Positions 1 through 13,030 are shown, counted from the stretch's first letter. The stretch is DNA of 64,000 nt from Vicugna vicugna (GCA_013265495.1 MU063896.1:14498701-14562700); one strand, 5' to 3'. Program-made: numbers and translations. The notes: generated by a model from the letters alone, not told the origin.

Positions 1-132
1 TGGTTCGAGAAGTCCAGCAGCAAACAAACCTATTCAGCTTTACTTAACCCGTAATTTTCCCAATTAATTTGACCTTGGACCCTATTCTTATGCTGTACCC
101 AATCCATTCATAGAAACATACTTTGGAAAGCA
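1..132 (-). mobile_element. hAT-Charlie MITE fragment (MER103C-like)
   Basis: gagaagtccagcag...ttaaccc...ttttccc...atttgacc...tactttggaaagcac resembles the reverse complement of the recalled MER103C consensus; truncated by the window edge. Confidence 0.55.
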
Positions 133-698
133 CCCTTTTGCAGTTTTTTTGCCCAGTCCAGTTACACTGACTGCCCACCCGATCTCTTCCTGGCCAGGAA
201 GGTGGTGCCCTGCAGAGTCCTTACCTCACCTCCTGACCCCCGTCCACAGGAGGCATGGGCACCATTCACGTCCTCTCCCTGCTCTGGCCCTGAGAACATT
301 TGGGTATCTGTTGAAAGGTAGCTCAGAGAGCATCAACCACCTACTATACTGACGTGAGAACCTTTGTGAAGGTATGAAAACTATGCTATAGGAACAGCTT
401 CATGCACTGGGGAAGAGTATTTTTCGTCTAGCTGGAAAGAAATGCTGTTTTCTCCCAACTTCCTTCCCTGTACTTGTCAAATCAGGTTTGTTTGTTCGTT
501 TGTTTGTTACTGTGATGCTACTTCAAGGCACAGCTGTCAGTTGGTGGCACTTTATTACAAGCCAGTGGTGGCTAAGAGACCATGAACCGTTGATAGCTAA
601 TATCCTTAGTTACACCTCACCCCTACTGAATAAGGGAGCTGAATTGCTGAATTTGTTTTTCCGGAAGCTATTGACTAAAAGAGTTGAAAAAGCCACTT

Positions 699-713
699 GA
701 AAGTGAAATTTCC
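699..713. promoter_or_regulatory. overlapping IRF-like (GAAAGTGAAA) and kappaB-like (GGAAATTTC on minus) motifs
   Basis: gaaagtgaaa at 699-708 overlaps gaaatttcc at 705-713; ETS core ccggaag at 661-667; motif match only. Confidence 0.25.
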
Positions 714-752
714 AGCTGTCTAAAATGACAGGCTTTCTCGATCTTCACGTCT

Positions 753-924
753 NNNNNNNNNNNNNNNNNNNNNNNNNNNNNNNNNNNNNNNNNNNNNNNN
801 NNNNNNNNNNNNNNNNNNNNNNNNNNNNNNNNNNNNNNNNNNNNNNNNNNNNNNNNNNNNNNNNNNNNNNNNNNNNNNNNNNNNNNNNNNNNNNNNNNNN
901 NNNNNNNNNNNNNNNNNNNNNNNN
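753..924. other. assembly gap (N run)
   Basis: N run; CpG-rich right flank. Confidence 0.99.
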
Positions 925-960
925 TAACTTTGTGCGTGGGGAAGAAGCAGCGCATCTCAC

Positions 961-1030
961 CTGCCTCCGTCATAGCTCATTTTAGGACCGGCGCTGGCTG
1001 GACCAAAGCTGCCCCGAGAACATGAAGACC
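961..1030 (-). other. candidate minus-strand first exon ending in ATG AGC TAT GAC GGA GGC AG|GTGAGA
   Basis: strong donor CAG|GTGAGA (GT at 960-959); aaaATG with A at -3 (ATG 980-978); local CpG retention; 5' end undefined. Confidence 0.25.
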
Positions 1031-1050
1031 CTGTTTTAAGTTATACGCAG

Positions 1051-1107
1051 CTTTTTCTTTTCTCTTCTTCTATTTTCTTTCTTTTATTCTTTCTTTTTTT
1101 TTTTTCC
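1051..1107 (+). repeat. polypyrimidine low-complexity tract (TTTTC-like, ending in poly-T)
   Basis: direct reading. Confidence 0.85.
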
Positions 1108-1489
1108 AAAGAGACTCTTTGTCAGAAAGAGAATGTAAAAGCTTAGATACTTTTTACTCATTTTCTTGCTGAGAGCTGCAGGCATAACTAGTAGCAACCT
1201 CCAGTAATTAATCATAGCTCTGGAGACGGCAGCACACTCTCAAAGACGTTTTCAACCCACTGAAACATGTCATGGGTTTAAAATTCTGCCATAGAGCAGA
1301 ATCTCTGGAATGAAGCTTTACTTTCTTTCTGATTTTAATGTACCTACTGAGTGTGGCCAAAGGCAGCTCTTGGAAAGTCATCAGGGATGGAGGAAGTCCT
1401 TCTGAGGGATCTGAAACAGGCAAGCATCTCTGGGTCACACTGGAGAGAAACAGCGAGATGGGCAGAGACAAGCATGTGACACTGGGCGA

Positions 1490-2030
1490 AATATTAAGTG
1501 AGTATTTTGGTAATGCTCTTTCGTTCCAATGGACAGAGACTCTCAAGTTACAGGAGTGATTTATTGCAAGGATGCTTGTGGAACAGCACTGGAAATAAAT
1601 AGGAAATGCTCAGGGTCCAAGATAGATCTAGAAACCACCTGGTCTCTCTGTTGCTCTCAGGAGCCGCTGGGATGTTTCCATTGGTTTACCTGCTTATTTT
1701 TGTCATCTGCTCCATCCTACCCTCTCTGTGGACTGGCTCCCCTTGCTTACTCATAACGGCCCCTTCTTATGACTTTACATACACAGCTTCCCTTTTGTTC
1801 CATCCTCTCTTTAATTCACCCTTTTGGAATTTCAGCTCTTATTACTGACTCATTCTTCTGGCATTTTCATAGTTCCTGTTCCCAAGAGAGCAAATTTAAT
1901 TGGTCCAGATTATAGTTACGGACGAGGCACACCATTGGTTGCTGGCCTGCCTTTGGGTCAGGTGCTTACCCCTGGTCTCATGACCTGGGACAGTAGAGGA
2001 GGGCTACATCGTTTATAGAGGTTTCTCTAG
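1490..2030 (-). mobile_element. MaLR solo LTR (old MLT1 subfamily)
   Basis: gagagcaaatttaattggtcc...ttgggtcaggtgcttacccctggtc matches the recalled MLT1 motif gagaatctgattgg...gggtcaggtgcccacccct. Confidence 0.5.
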
Positions 2031-2189
2031 ACCTGTCTCTTCAGTGGGGGCTGTGATTGGACAAGCACAGCGACTGACATCTGAGCTCACTGTCATATTC
2101 CTGTCCCATAAGGAATGAGGTCTCTCAGAGCAGCCCATGCTGTTCTCATGCACCAGCCCACACAGCTATCAGATGTCAGTTCTATTTCT

Positions 2190-2745
2190 AAGTAAGTCTC
2201 TAATCTGTTCAGGTTTTCCCATCCTCACTGCCACTACCTTTGTCCAGGTCAGATTTACCACCAACCCGATTTCTCCCTCACTGGTCTCCCTGCTCCCATA
2301 TTCCTCCAATCTTGCATGCATCTTTCTACAATTCAAATCTGATCACACCACACCCTGCTTATAACATTCAGTGGCTCCCATTGTCCAAAGGGTAAAGTCT
2401 ACATTCTTGATGTGGTTTAGAAGGTTTAAAGGTTTCCATGACCTGGTCCCTAACAGCTTCCTCCCAGATTGTCTATCTCTGTCCCTGCTTTGCATTCTAC
2501 CCTCCAGCTTTCTCAACTCAACTCCTGCCCGTTTCTCACACGGGCTGTGGGCTCTCTTGTCTTGGAGGCTTTGTACCTGCTTTTCCTTTGCCATCCTCAG
2601 CAATCCTCCTACTCAGCTGAAACTTCACTTCCTCTGACTTTTCTGACTCTCGAGACAGGGAGCACACTGACTGTGTTTGCAGTTACCCACCAGCCCCAGG
2701 CCCTGGGCTGGCACATGGTAGGTGCTCCGTAAACATTTCTTGATG
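2190..2745 (+). mobile_element. L2 LINE 3' portion
   Basis: aaatctgatcac...cagtggctccc...; 3' end ggctggcacatggtaggtgctccgtaaacattt. Confidence 0.7.
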
Positions 2746-3753
2746 GTGTGTTGTGGAATCTCAGAACTCCAAAGTGAGTTTCTGCATGGAACTCAAAAGT
2801 GAGAAGTAAAATAAAAGAGTGATTTGGAGAAAGGAAGAGAGAAAGAGAACGAAGTGAAATAGAGACGGACATGGTGTAAGGATTTTGAAAAATGCACGGA
2901 GTATAGATGGACCTCTGAAGGAAGGAAAAAGATCTATGGACTTTGATTACTGAGAGAAATATGCAGCCCCCAGAGGGCTGGCTGAGATCAAGGACTTTGC
3001 TGAGGAATCCATCTCGAGGATATCTAGCCATTAACAGGCAGGATTTAGGCTCTGGTTTAATTTCTTTCGCAGAGAGAAGTTCTTTAGCTTCTAAAGCATT
3101 TGAAATAACTGTGGCGCTTCAGTTGGGACCTGGGCCTGGACATCTGTTTCTGGGGTTTCCTGGGACAGCCTGTGTTCCCAGATGTGGCCAACAGCTTCCT
3201 ATGTGTTCCCAGGACCCCGAGCTTTCTAGTGCTTCCTCATAGAGATTCACAGAGGTTTGTGGGACAGTTTATTTGCCCTTTAGGAAATCTGGGCTAGGCT
3301 ATGCCCCTTGTGTCCTGCCCACACCACCCCATGGGGACCTAGGGGAAGAGAGAAGAGCTGGACAAGCTTGTCACACGTCTGTGAATGGTCGTGCTCGCCC
3401 CTCTCTGACGATAGCCTTCTCTTGGGGGTGGGGGTGGGGGCCCAGAGGCAAGCAGCCCTAGTTTTTATTTCTACTCTTTTGGCATCAAGTAGATATTACA
3501 TTTTCACAATAGCTGCCAGAATCATGCAAACGACACTATCTCCTACATGTTTTAATGTGAAGGGCCAAATTCTTGAAGTGGCAAAATACACTGGAAGCCA
3601 AGAGGAGAACAGCCACCTCATGGTATTTGGCAAATGGGAGATAGAACAGGAAAGGGTGATGGCTCAGGGTGAGTCAGTCACGCGGCATCAAGAAACTAGT
3701 ACTCCTTAGGCACAGATTCACCACAGCTTCTCATGGAATCAGTTTCCTGCCAG

Positions 3754-3794
3754 CAGCAGATGGTAACCAGAGAAGAATACAAGAACCCAAGAAG
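3754..3794 (+). other. weak candidate exon (41 nt)
   Basis: tttcctgccag| acceptor (CAGCAGCAG NAGNAG), purine-rich GAAGAA body, AAG|GTGAGG donor. Confidence 0.15.
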
Positions 3795-6248
3795 GTGAGG
3801 ATGGCCAAAGGCTAGAGCACTTCAAGAGGCTCATTTCCTCTGACTGGGGTCCAGGAAGGAAGAAATTGCTCCTGGAAGCTCACGGCAGTGTCGTGGTCTG
3901 AATTAGAAAGCCTTGTAGATCGCACCCGCACAACCACGTCCCTCCAAACGTCCTATCACCTGTGAGACTTGGACCAAGCAGCATTGGTGGGAGGCAGCCC
4001 TTGGCCTCACATCCAAAGGCAGTGGGTGGCCCTATCCCCAAAGCAGCAATCTTAGCTATAGTTCAGTCTGGAGTAATGTGGAATTCTCAACCTCCTGGCC
4101 ATCCAGTCTGAGACTCATACAAGTAAACATTAGTTGCATCACTTAAGTCTTTTTTTTTTTCCTTTTTCTCTGCAAAAAGCAAGCAAGCAAACAAAACCAA
4201 AACCAAATAGCCCTAAACAACCCGGATTATCTTGGTCAAGGCACATAACCCCTCTAAAAGCGTTTTTTTCAGGTGCAAAATGAGGGGACTGGACTTGTTG
4301 AAAAGCCCCCTCTGCTTCTAAAGTCAATGATATTTCATGCAAAATAGAGACCACAGGAAAGAGAAGGAAACATTCTTTTCCCTGATGGGCCATCAAATAA
4401 GAAGAGTAATGAGTATTCGGGTGCAGGGTTCACAATAAGCCTGACTTACAGACATAAGATGCCTAATTAAATGATGGCCTCCCCAAGGTCACAGCCTCCT
4501 TCCTGTTGGTGTGTCTCTCCGCTCAGCGCCTGGTGCTCCATTATGCTGTGCAAAGCATGGGCTCCCTGACAGCTGTTGACTTAACTCTTAACAGACTTTG
4601 TTTGTTTTCCTCCAAGGAGGATCCTAGACATGTACCTAAGGCCCGAGCAGGCGGAGGCACAGGATTGCCTTGCAGATTTGCATGTGTTCTTTTCTCCCCA
4701 TTGCTGTTTGGACCAACGTGTCTAGTGGGAGAGAGATTTATGAAGAGCCGCTCTCGTTTCGGCTGCCTGGCTTCCTTGCTCACAGTTGGGCCGCCTTGGG
4801 ATGTTGATTTTTGTTCTTTTGCCCATTGTTTCCCTGCTCCCTATTTCTAATTTCTTTTTTTCAGAGGCTGACGCAGTTATTTCCACCCCGAGTGCTTGGC
4901 CCCACTCTCCAGCTCTGTGCTCCGTAACCCATGGCAACAAGAGAAGGGAAGCAGGTGATCACACACCACACACACATATTATTCTCGCTCTCCCTCTTTC
5001 TGGCTCTGGCAGTCTAGGGCACACAAAGGGAGGAGTCAACTGGCTGCAGTGCCAATTAGAGACACAGGCCTCATGGCTGGTGCTGAACGCTCGGGGCTTC
5101 CGGGTCACGATGTAGCAGCTGCTGGGGAGCCACACAGCCTCTCCTTCTGCTTGCTCCAGCTCCTCGTATTTCTCCGGGGCAGCAAAGTAAAATCTGACCT
5201 TGCACGCACAGTTAGAAATGCCTTCACAATAGTCCATCCCCCACTAGCCTAGCTGGAAACCCTATTTTGTATCACCATGGAGATGGCCAGAATTATGCCT
5301 ATTAGCAATAACTGAACTTACATACGAAGTAGGAAAAAATTTCTTTCTATATGATTTTCTAAATGGAAATAGTAATTAAGTCATTTAAAATCTAAACTCT
5401 CACATTTATGAGTTCTAGGAAGCTTCCACCCAATTCAATAATTTTTTGTTCCTTGCCAAATGTCCTAGTTGGTTTGACCTAAGGATCAAAAGAGTCAAGT
5501 GATTGACCTGGGCTCAAGTGGTAGAAATCCCCTTTCTGTTCAGGGACTAGAAATACATGGTGGACCCATTCTTACATGACTTGGTCAGGACTAGTTGTTG
5601 TAGGTTAATAAAGAAGCCGTTAAAAGCAAGGTATCATAAAAAGTGACACATACAAACCCATGTAACATTTATTTTCACTTAAAACTTACAGATATATATT
5701 AATCTCCCACTCTTTTGATGCACGGCCAAGGTCTGGTGCTTGGAAGCCAAGTCAACTTTCGTGTATAAGCTGTACCTATAATGCATCACCTACAGCTTCC
5801 AGTGTTAGTTTCTTAGTGCTGTAAGAATTTAAAGACACTTGAAAAGCAATCTGAGCCCAGAATCTGTCTAGATTTTTATGGATTCCCCCCGTATTTTATG
5901 ATAGTCTCATTCCAACCTTATTGAAAGCAAAATAACTTGCCTGTTCCTTCCAAATAATTCCTCTTAGTTTTCAAAGAAAAATGTTATTTTCTTTTGCATT
6001 CATATTGCATTGGTTTGTTTATTATTCAGTATAATGCTGAATTACAAAAACAAATGGCAACTGGCCAAAACTGGGTTGGGAACAGACCCAAGTGCTCTTG
6101 ATAAGCTGGACACCCAACTGATGAGAGAAGAGGTGTTTAGGTGCTCAGGAGAGGGGCATCCCATGTACAGGGCAACTGGGAACTTCCAGCCGTTCCAGCA
6201 TGGGACAGTTGAATGTGGTTCCTAATATTAGAAATACCAGCACGTAGC

Positions 6249-6415
6249 GGGGGAGGGTATAGCTCAAGTTGTAGACATGGAGGCATGCCTGCTAAGCATG
6301 CATGAGGTCTTGGGTTCAATCCCCAGTACCTCCAGTAAAAATAAATACATGAAAAAATGAAAAATAAATAAATAAACCTAATTACCTCCCCAAAAAATTT
6401 TAAAAAGAAAAGAAC
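6249..6415 (+). mobile_element. tRNA-derived SINE (camelid Vic-1-like)
   Basis: GGGGGAGGGTATAGCTCAAG head with A box, GGTTCAATCCCCAGTACCTCC B box, (AAAT)n...aacctaattacctcccc and A-rich tail; degenerate TSD aaataccagcacgt / aaataccagaatgt. Confidence 0.9.
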
Positions 6416-6794
6416 AAATACCAGAATGTGATCTGTTACACGAGAAAGCTAATATGGCATGGAACTAGGCAGTTCCTTTGACCAATCTCTTCCACACACA
6501 TGCTTTTGAACCTGTAGATCAGTAATTCATATTTACTATTTGGACGCCTCCATCTGTCCTATTTGCTCTTAAAAACCAGCATGTCTGAAAACAAGCCTTT
6601 CTCTTAAGATGGTATAAAACATACTGGTTTTGCTAGTAGGAGAAGCCATTTATCAAAGGAAAACTTAGGCCAGGTTGAAGCCAAGATGGGACCCAGGGGC
6701 CCAGTCTCTCTCAAGTCTCTCTGGGAGGTTCCGAGGAGCTTCTGAGGAACTCTAGAATTCTTCAGAACACAGATGGAAAACATCTGGAGCAGGC

Positions 6795-6975
6795 TATAGA
6801 CTCTGGAGCCAGATTGGAAATCCTCTTTGATCCACATGCTGTCTGTGTGGTTTTGGGCAAGTTGGTTATTATATGAGTCCCAGTTTCCTCAGAAGTAAAG
6901 AGGGAATAATATCTCTTCTAATAAAGATTGTGAGCATAAGATGAAATGGTGTGTGCAAAGCACTTGACATGCTGA
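6795..6975 (+). mobile_element. MIR SINE
   Basis: ctctggagccagattgg...tgtgtggttttgggcaagtt...cagtttcctc core. Confidence 0.6.
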
Positions 6976-7139
6976 GGCATGTCTCCATGTCTCCAAACCA
7001 GCTCCTTTTTAAAAAAATGGCACCCAGTTCCCAAGGTTTGATAACTCAGTCACCACTAGCCCTTCCTTCCTCTTAAACCACCACCCTCCCAGCACATCAC
7101 CCAGTTATTTGGGGAGTTCTGTATTTTCTAGACCCTTAA

Positions 7140-7700
7140 CATTTAATCTTCACTTTACCTTCCATTTCATTCCCATGTCACCACCTTAGCTGATGCCTTC
7201 ATTGCCCCTAACTTCCTGCTAATCTGTACCCACAAATTCAACCGACACATTGATGACCAACGACGTTGAATCACAGGACTGACTGGGCCGATTGTCTTGA
7301 GAGCCCGTCAGTGGTGCCCAGTGCTTACCATATAAAGTACACGTGGCTGAGCTGGACATCCAAAGTGTTCCAAGCTCTAGACTCTTCTTTTCCAGGCTTT
7401 GACCACTTCCCCACCAACATTCCATGTCCAGCCCAAATGACTCCCCTCTGTTCTCTAAATACAAGAATCCCCTTTTTCACCAAGTCCAGGCCTCTGTCCT
7501 GCCATTTCCTCCCTCTACACCTCTGGCTGTGTGTCATTTCAAGCTGAAGTGACATTCTTTTTATAATGTTGTTTCATCTTTTCCTCTTTTAAACACCCTC
7601 CCCTGACTTCATCCCAATATTTGTACCAATTTCCTGTTTTATTATTATTTGTACACTTACCATTCTCTCATTTGTGAGATTGTCTCCCCCATGAACCTGA
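7140..7700 (+). mobile_element. degenerate L2 fragment
   Basis: pyrimidine-rich L2-type motifs (ccaccttagc...ccttcatt, cagtggtgccca, tgtgagattg). Confidence 0.45.
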
Positions 7701-8954
7701 CTCAGACCTTGCTGTTGTAAGCTTCAGAAACTATATCTTGGGTGAATATTTTTTGATAGATAAAAATCCTAATGTAATAGATAAGGTCCAAAGAGGAAAC
7801 GAAAACAAAAATAGATACCAAGACTTACTGTGGGTTCATAGTGTACTGTCTTCTTAGCGGCCTTGCAAAAGGGCATTGCTACCCTTGAAGTCTTGGTTTT
7901 CCTCCCAGGAGGTTGACATGTAGGCAAGGACGGAGATTAATCCAAAGGAAACAGGGTTTTCCTTGAGTCTGTGAATGTTACATGTTTATTCATTGTTTTT
8001 TAGAGAGAGAAAAGAAAACTATAAATTACTGCATCGCTCTAACAGAGGGAAACCCACATGTTCTTCCAGGTGCCTCTTGCTGCCATTTTATTTTACACCT
8101 GCCAATCTTGTGGTGGGGTATCCCTGACCATGATTTTCTGAAAGCTTAAATTATAGGAAATTCCTATAATTAAAAGAAATTATGACCCTGATATCAGTTT
8201 CTGGCCTGTCCACATCAAAATCATTTCCCCTTTTTGCTGCTACAAATTTAAAGCTTCATACGATATTATTCTGTATTATAACCATGAAGAACATGGAACT
8301 TTACAGTGAGTAGAGTAGAAGGAGAACTCATTTGGCATCAACAAACCAAGGAAACCCAAATGTCCCTTATCCTTTTGTGTTAAGCTGGACAGACCGGCTG
8401 ACCGAGGTGTGGGGCCTTGGGCTCTGACCGCTGGAGGAAGCCACCACTAGCAAACAAACATCTGCTAGCTTTCCTCTGGTCCCTGCCGGCTGGAGCCGAG
8501 GCACAGTAAATTACTCTGCTAATTCTACTGGCTCATTCCTGCATTTCTCTAATGCAGAATATTGATTTGTGCCAGGGAGCCTGGGCTTGCACAGATTCTA
8601 AAGGTGCAAGGAGGCAAAGTCTGGCATTTTTACCGCCAGCAGAACCTGTGGTGTGGGGCACCGCAGAGGCTGAAAGATACCCAGTGACAAGGTTTGAAAG
8701 GAAAGAGCTGAGATGGAAAAAAATGCATCATTTCATGGAAAGAATCCCCTGCAGTGGTAAACAGAGGGAAACATATACGAGAAGAAAGACTACCCTTTTT
8801 TAGTCTTTTGACTTATCTTGAAGGATGATGGGAATGAGCTGGAGGATGTAATGAAGAAATAGTCTAACTTAACTGATTATTTGATGTGGAAATTCTACTA
8901 AAAATTAAAAAGCCTGCTATAACATGCCTGTGCTTAAGCTGTTCTTGATTTTCA

Positions 8955-9135
8955 GAAGCACTGGGGAGTATTAGTCGGGACGGCAGTTTCTGGAATTCCA
9001 TCCTACTTAGTAGTGTGACTTTGGTGAGATTGAACTTGCTTCCTCATCTCTACCTGGCAGTGATACTCCCATAGACTTGTGAGAATAGAATGAAATATTA
9101 CATGGAAACCACTTGTCACAGCCTCAAGCTCATCA
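8955..9135 (+). mobile_element. MIR SINE
   Basis: cttagtagtgtgactttgg...ttcctcatct...gtgagaatagaatgaaat. Confidence 0.5.
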
Positions 9136-9849
9136 TTAGACTCACTCTCAGGGCTCAGTGTTCTTCAGCAAGAACGCTTATGGGCAATCTAGTCACTCTA
9201 CTCACTCTGCAGGCTGATTTGAGAAAACAGAGTGGGTTTTGAGACCAGAACTCCACCAAGAAGAAACTACTCACCAGTGCCCTTCAGAGTTTGCCCTGCA
9301 CCTACTTCTCTGGTTGGACAAGGTGTAAGAAAGCTTACCCCGAAGGAAATTAACCCAAACATGTAAGGCCAATGGGAATAATACCATCAGACACGCAGGA
9401 GTTATCAAATTGCTTACAAAGTGTGAGGGGCTTGACGTAAACTCCCCACCTATCCCACTCCACAACTTAACAGCTATTGAATTTCAAAGAATTATTCCCT
9501 GTGCCTTCCTGGTTATTTTAAATTCTGCTGTCCTTGGCAAAGTGAGGTGTGGAAACAAGATTCGTGATATCTTTCAAAGATGATGTTGACATTGATTCAA
9601 AGCAGATGTTCTCGTGGGATGCTCTCACCTATATGGATGGATGGCTTGTGTTAGGTGTGGCTTTTCTGGAAGGTGATCAGAAGCCCAGAACATTTAAAAT
9701 CCTTGGGCATCTCAGAAGGGTCAGTAAAACCCAGAAAATGTCCCTCTTTTCTGAGTTCTAAACTATTGAATTTAAAATACATGTTTGGAGAACCACCTTT
9801 TCATTAACTAGGTGGGGACAAAGTCCTGTGTGAGACACTTTATATACTC

Positions 9850-10020
9850 ACCTAATCCACACAAATCCACACAAGAGTAGACACCACGATGTCTGTTATC
9901 TATATGGGGACACTACAGGAGAGATAAACACGTGTAACTTACTTAAGGGGTCACAGCCATAAAGCGGTGATAGAACTGAGATGAAATTCATACACATCCA
10001 TTTGATTCCAAAACTGTCTT
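9850..10020 (-). mobile_element. MIR SINE
   Basis: gtaacttacttaaggggtcacagcc...gaactgagatgaaattc...tgattccaaa. Confidence 0.45.
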
Positions 10021-10205
10021 AAATTCTCTACGTTACAATGTATATTACAATACATGAACCACATGAAACTGCCAAATTTCAAACAGTTTTGATCTACAAA
10101 AATGAGAGATTCATGTTCAAGTAAATACTTCATTTGAACAGCATGTATTTCATTTGAACTACAGACTTAATCTATACTTTTTATACTGATGCCATAAAGC
10201 TATCC

Positions 10206-10250
10206 AAAAAAGGAATGCAAGTCAATGTGATTGTATTTGAAGACTTTAGT
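10206..10250 (+). mobile_element. possible L3/CR1 reverse-transcriptase remnant
   Basis: translates KGMQVNVIVFEDFS, loosely resembling the CR1 RT motif G.AVDVIYLDFSKAFD. Confidence 0.2.
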
Positions 10251-13030
10251 TCAATTCCTCTAATTTTTCTGCAGCAAAATACCAGAGAAACCTGACTGAT
10301 CCTACCTTAATGATTCATACATTACTTGACATTTTTCTAATAATTTTGAAATTAATCTTTGTATTTTTTATCAGCTTTATTATATTCTGACCAACTGAGC
10401 TTATAATTGTGTTTCGCTCTCCTTGGCTGCTGAACTTCACGAATTTTGCCATTATGACTTTTATATTATTTCTCCGTTCTTCCTGTGCCCAGTTCTGCAA
10501 TATTGCCAGAGTAATTATTGCTCTTTTACCTTCCAAACAGAAGTATAATTAAAAAAAATAAATTATATGAAACTGCATTAAATTCTCTGGGATCTAGAAA
10601 ATATTCTCAAAAAGGACAAAACCCATCAAAATTATAGGTAACTAAGATGGACTTTAATTGATATTTACTCTGTAAAATATACCCTTTATGAGAGCATGAA
10701 AATGTATATTTTACACTTATATATACACATACAGAGATGAATGTTTGAAAATATAAATAACTTACATAGTAATATTTAATATCTATTTCATATTCACAGT
10801 TCATTGATGAGTGGGTTTTATAAGTTTTTCTCCCACCCTCCCCCATCACCCTGAATCTTTACCTGTCACTATGATCAGGTAGTCCTTTTTTAAGGAAGTC
10901 CACCATTCCTCTGTCCCCACATCTTCACCGCCAATTCCCCTCCATAAACCTTTGCCCTTGTTTTCAGCGAACTCTTTTGAGAGGCATGTTTTCTCAGTTT
11001 ATATTTATGAAGACATTAATAAGATGAATTCAATGAGCTTTTTTCCAGTTCACCCAAGGAAAATGTTGCTGAAATAACGCTCTTCATTTGTTTAGCACTT
11101 TTTACTTTTGGAGAGACCTCCCACTGTCACTATCACTGGACGTGAACATTCCATGTATATAATACTTACGTCTCTGCAGATGCTTTTTTAATTTAAAAAA
11201 TTGTGGGTATTCATCAATGTCTGAGTTAAACTGTCTAGATTTTCTATTTGTGGGTAATTATCCAGTTTGGGGATTTTTCCTAGTTTTCAGACTTTGAACC
11301 TGCTCACTTGAATGTTCTATGTCATGTTTCGCCTGTTCATGATAACACAGCAGGACCTAGTAAGTTTTCCCCACTATTCAGTGATTTAGAGACTTTGGAA
11401 CTAAACTTGCTCTGGCAAATGCAAACATTTTCCTGTCCTGCCAATGACCAGTGCTAGTGCTGCACGACCACGTTGTCAGGTCGCTTACACTAGGAACTCA
11501 ATTTCTAAGAGGGCTGGCAAAGCTGAGTAGGTAGCCTTCCTCAAGATCATGTAGATTTGGATATTTGCAAAGATCACCTGGAGGCAACTTTTTTTTTTTT
11601 TCCTTTAAGCAAATCTCCTAGATAATGGCGAGGGATCCAGAAAACTCTCAAAATCCCCACCACTGCTGCAACCATTCTCACATCCTGTTTTTGTCCTCCT
11701 GCTCCAGCAGCTGCCTCAGTAGTTCCCAGGCGCGTTCCTGCAAGCTTATTGCAGGATGCCACAGCCATTTCCTTATTTTGTGCCGATGTTTTTATTAGGT
11801 TGTGGATAATGTGCTCACAGGTTTGTGAAGGGTTAACGCTCAGCTGTGCTGTTGATGTGCCCTTAGTCACAATCTGTTTCCTCTGAAGCAAAGGTGCAGT
11901 GTTTAAAAAGCCAATTGCTATAATTCCATGCAGATTTTTCCTGATTAATGAATAGGAATTTTCAATTGAATCTTTAAATGAGGTAGAATAGTATGAGAAA
12001 TGGACATAATCCTTAATTTTTTTTTATTAAGAGGCATTTCAAATTTGAAAAATCTTAGGTATTGTATACATATCTGATTTATTGCCATATGTGTTTTTGA
12101 GTCATAAAGCTGTTGTAAAAGTTATATAACAGTTGCAAAAAAAAACAGTGTGGTCTCTTTGTGAAGCTAAAGGAAATAAAATAAAGTTTGTGATACATTA
12201 AATCACAAACATAAATATGTACTTTATGGCCAGCTGTTATTTCTAAATGTGCACATTTCAAAATAGAAACATTTATCCAACATGCTCATTAGCAAAAGCC
12301 TGATTGCATTTAAGATGCAAAAGATTAAAATGCCTAAATAGATACAGTTAATAGTTCATCTTTCTAATGCTTGTATATGTTTTAAGTTGTCTAGTTCCTC
12401 CCAACCCTGTAGACTCACTGGCTGGAGCTACTTTGGATTTGTGTTTTAAGCACATGCTTTTGTTGGAACTGAATCTCTGCAACCCAGAGAAACGCTCTGC
12501 ATGTGAACAGAGGCCATGTGGCCCCATGCTACTTCCCACTCTGTGTGTAGGTTCTTGGAGAGAGTGAATTGCTTTTTATTATCATATCACAAACATTCAA
12601 CCTTAGTTTTGGCTAAAAATCATCTCTGTGGCTAATGTTCCATCTCCCAGTGATTTTACTCCTCCCCTGCATAAAAATTGGTCAAGGAGAACATGCAAGA
12701 TTATGTTGACTCTAAAATGCAATTCCCCAGGGAGACCTTATTTGCCCATCTATGTAGCTTCTCTGCCTCTGTAGGTACAGCAGAATTTTTAAATGCCTCT
12801 AGTCCTTTAGGACACACTGGCAATTGGTGGTTCAAAAGTTCATATGATGCCATATGTCCTAATAATTTTTATCTACATCTAAAACAATACGGGACTGTCA
12901 AATAAAATCCTGCATGCAAACAAATGATGGAATGCAGGGGAACCCTCTGCTCTAGCCTTTTCTTCTTTGTCCGACAAGCTAATGTAATAAGGCCAATAAT
13001 ACAAGGTTGTGTACTAGGCCTAAAGCCTGT

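Noticed and set aside
6249-6325. tRNA gene-like sequence with A and B boxes (also 48326-48395)
   Set aside because: Anticodon arm is degenerate, and both copies have A-rich tails and TSDs; these are tRNA-derived SINEs, not tRNA genes
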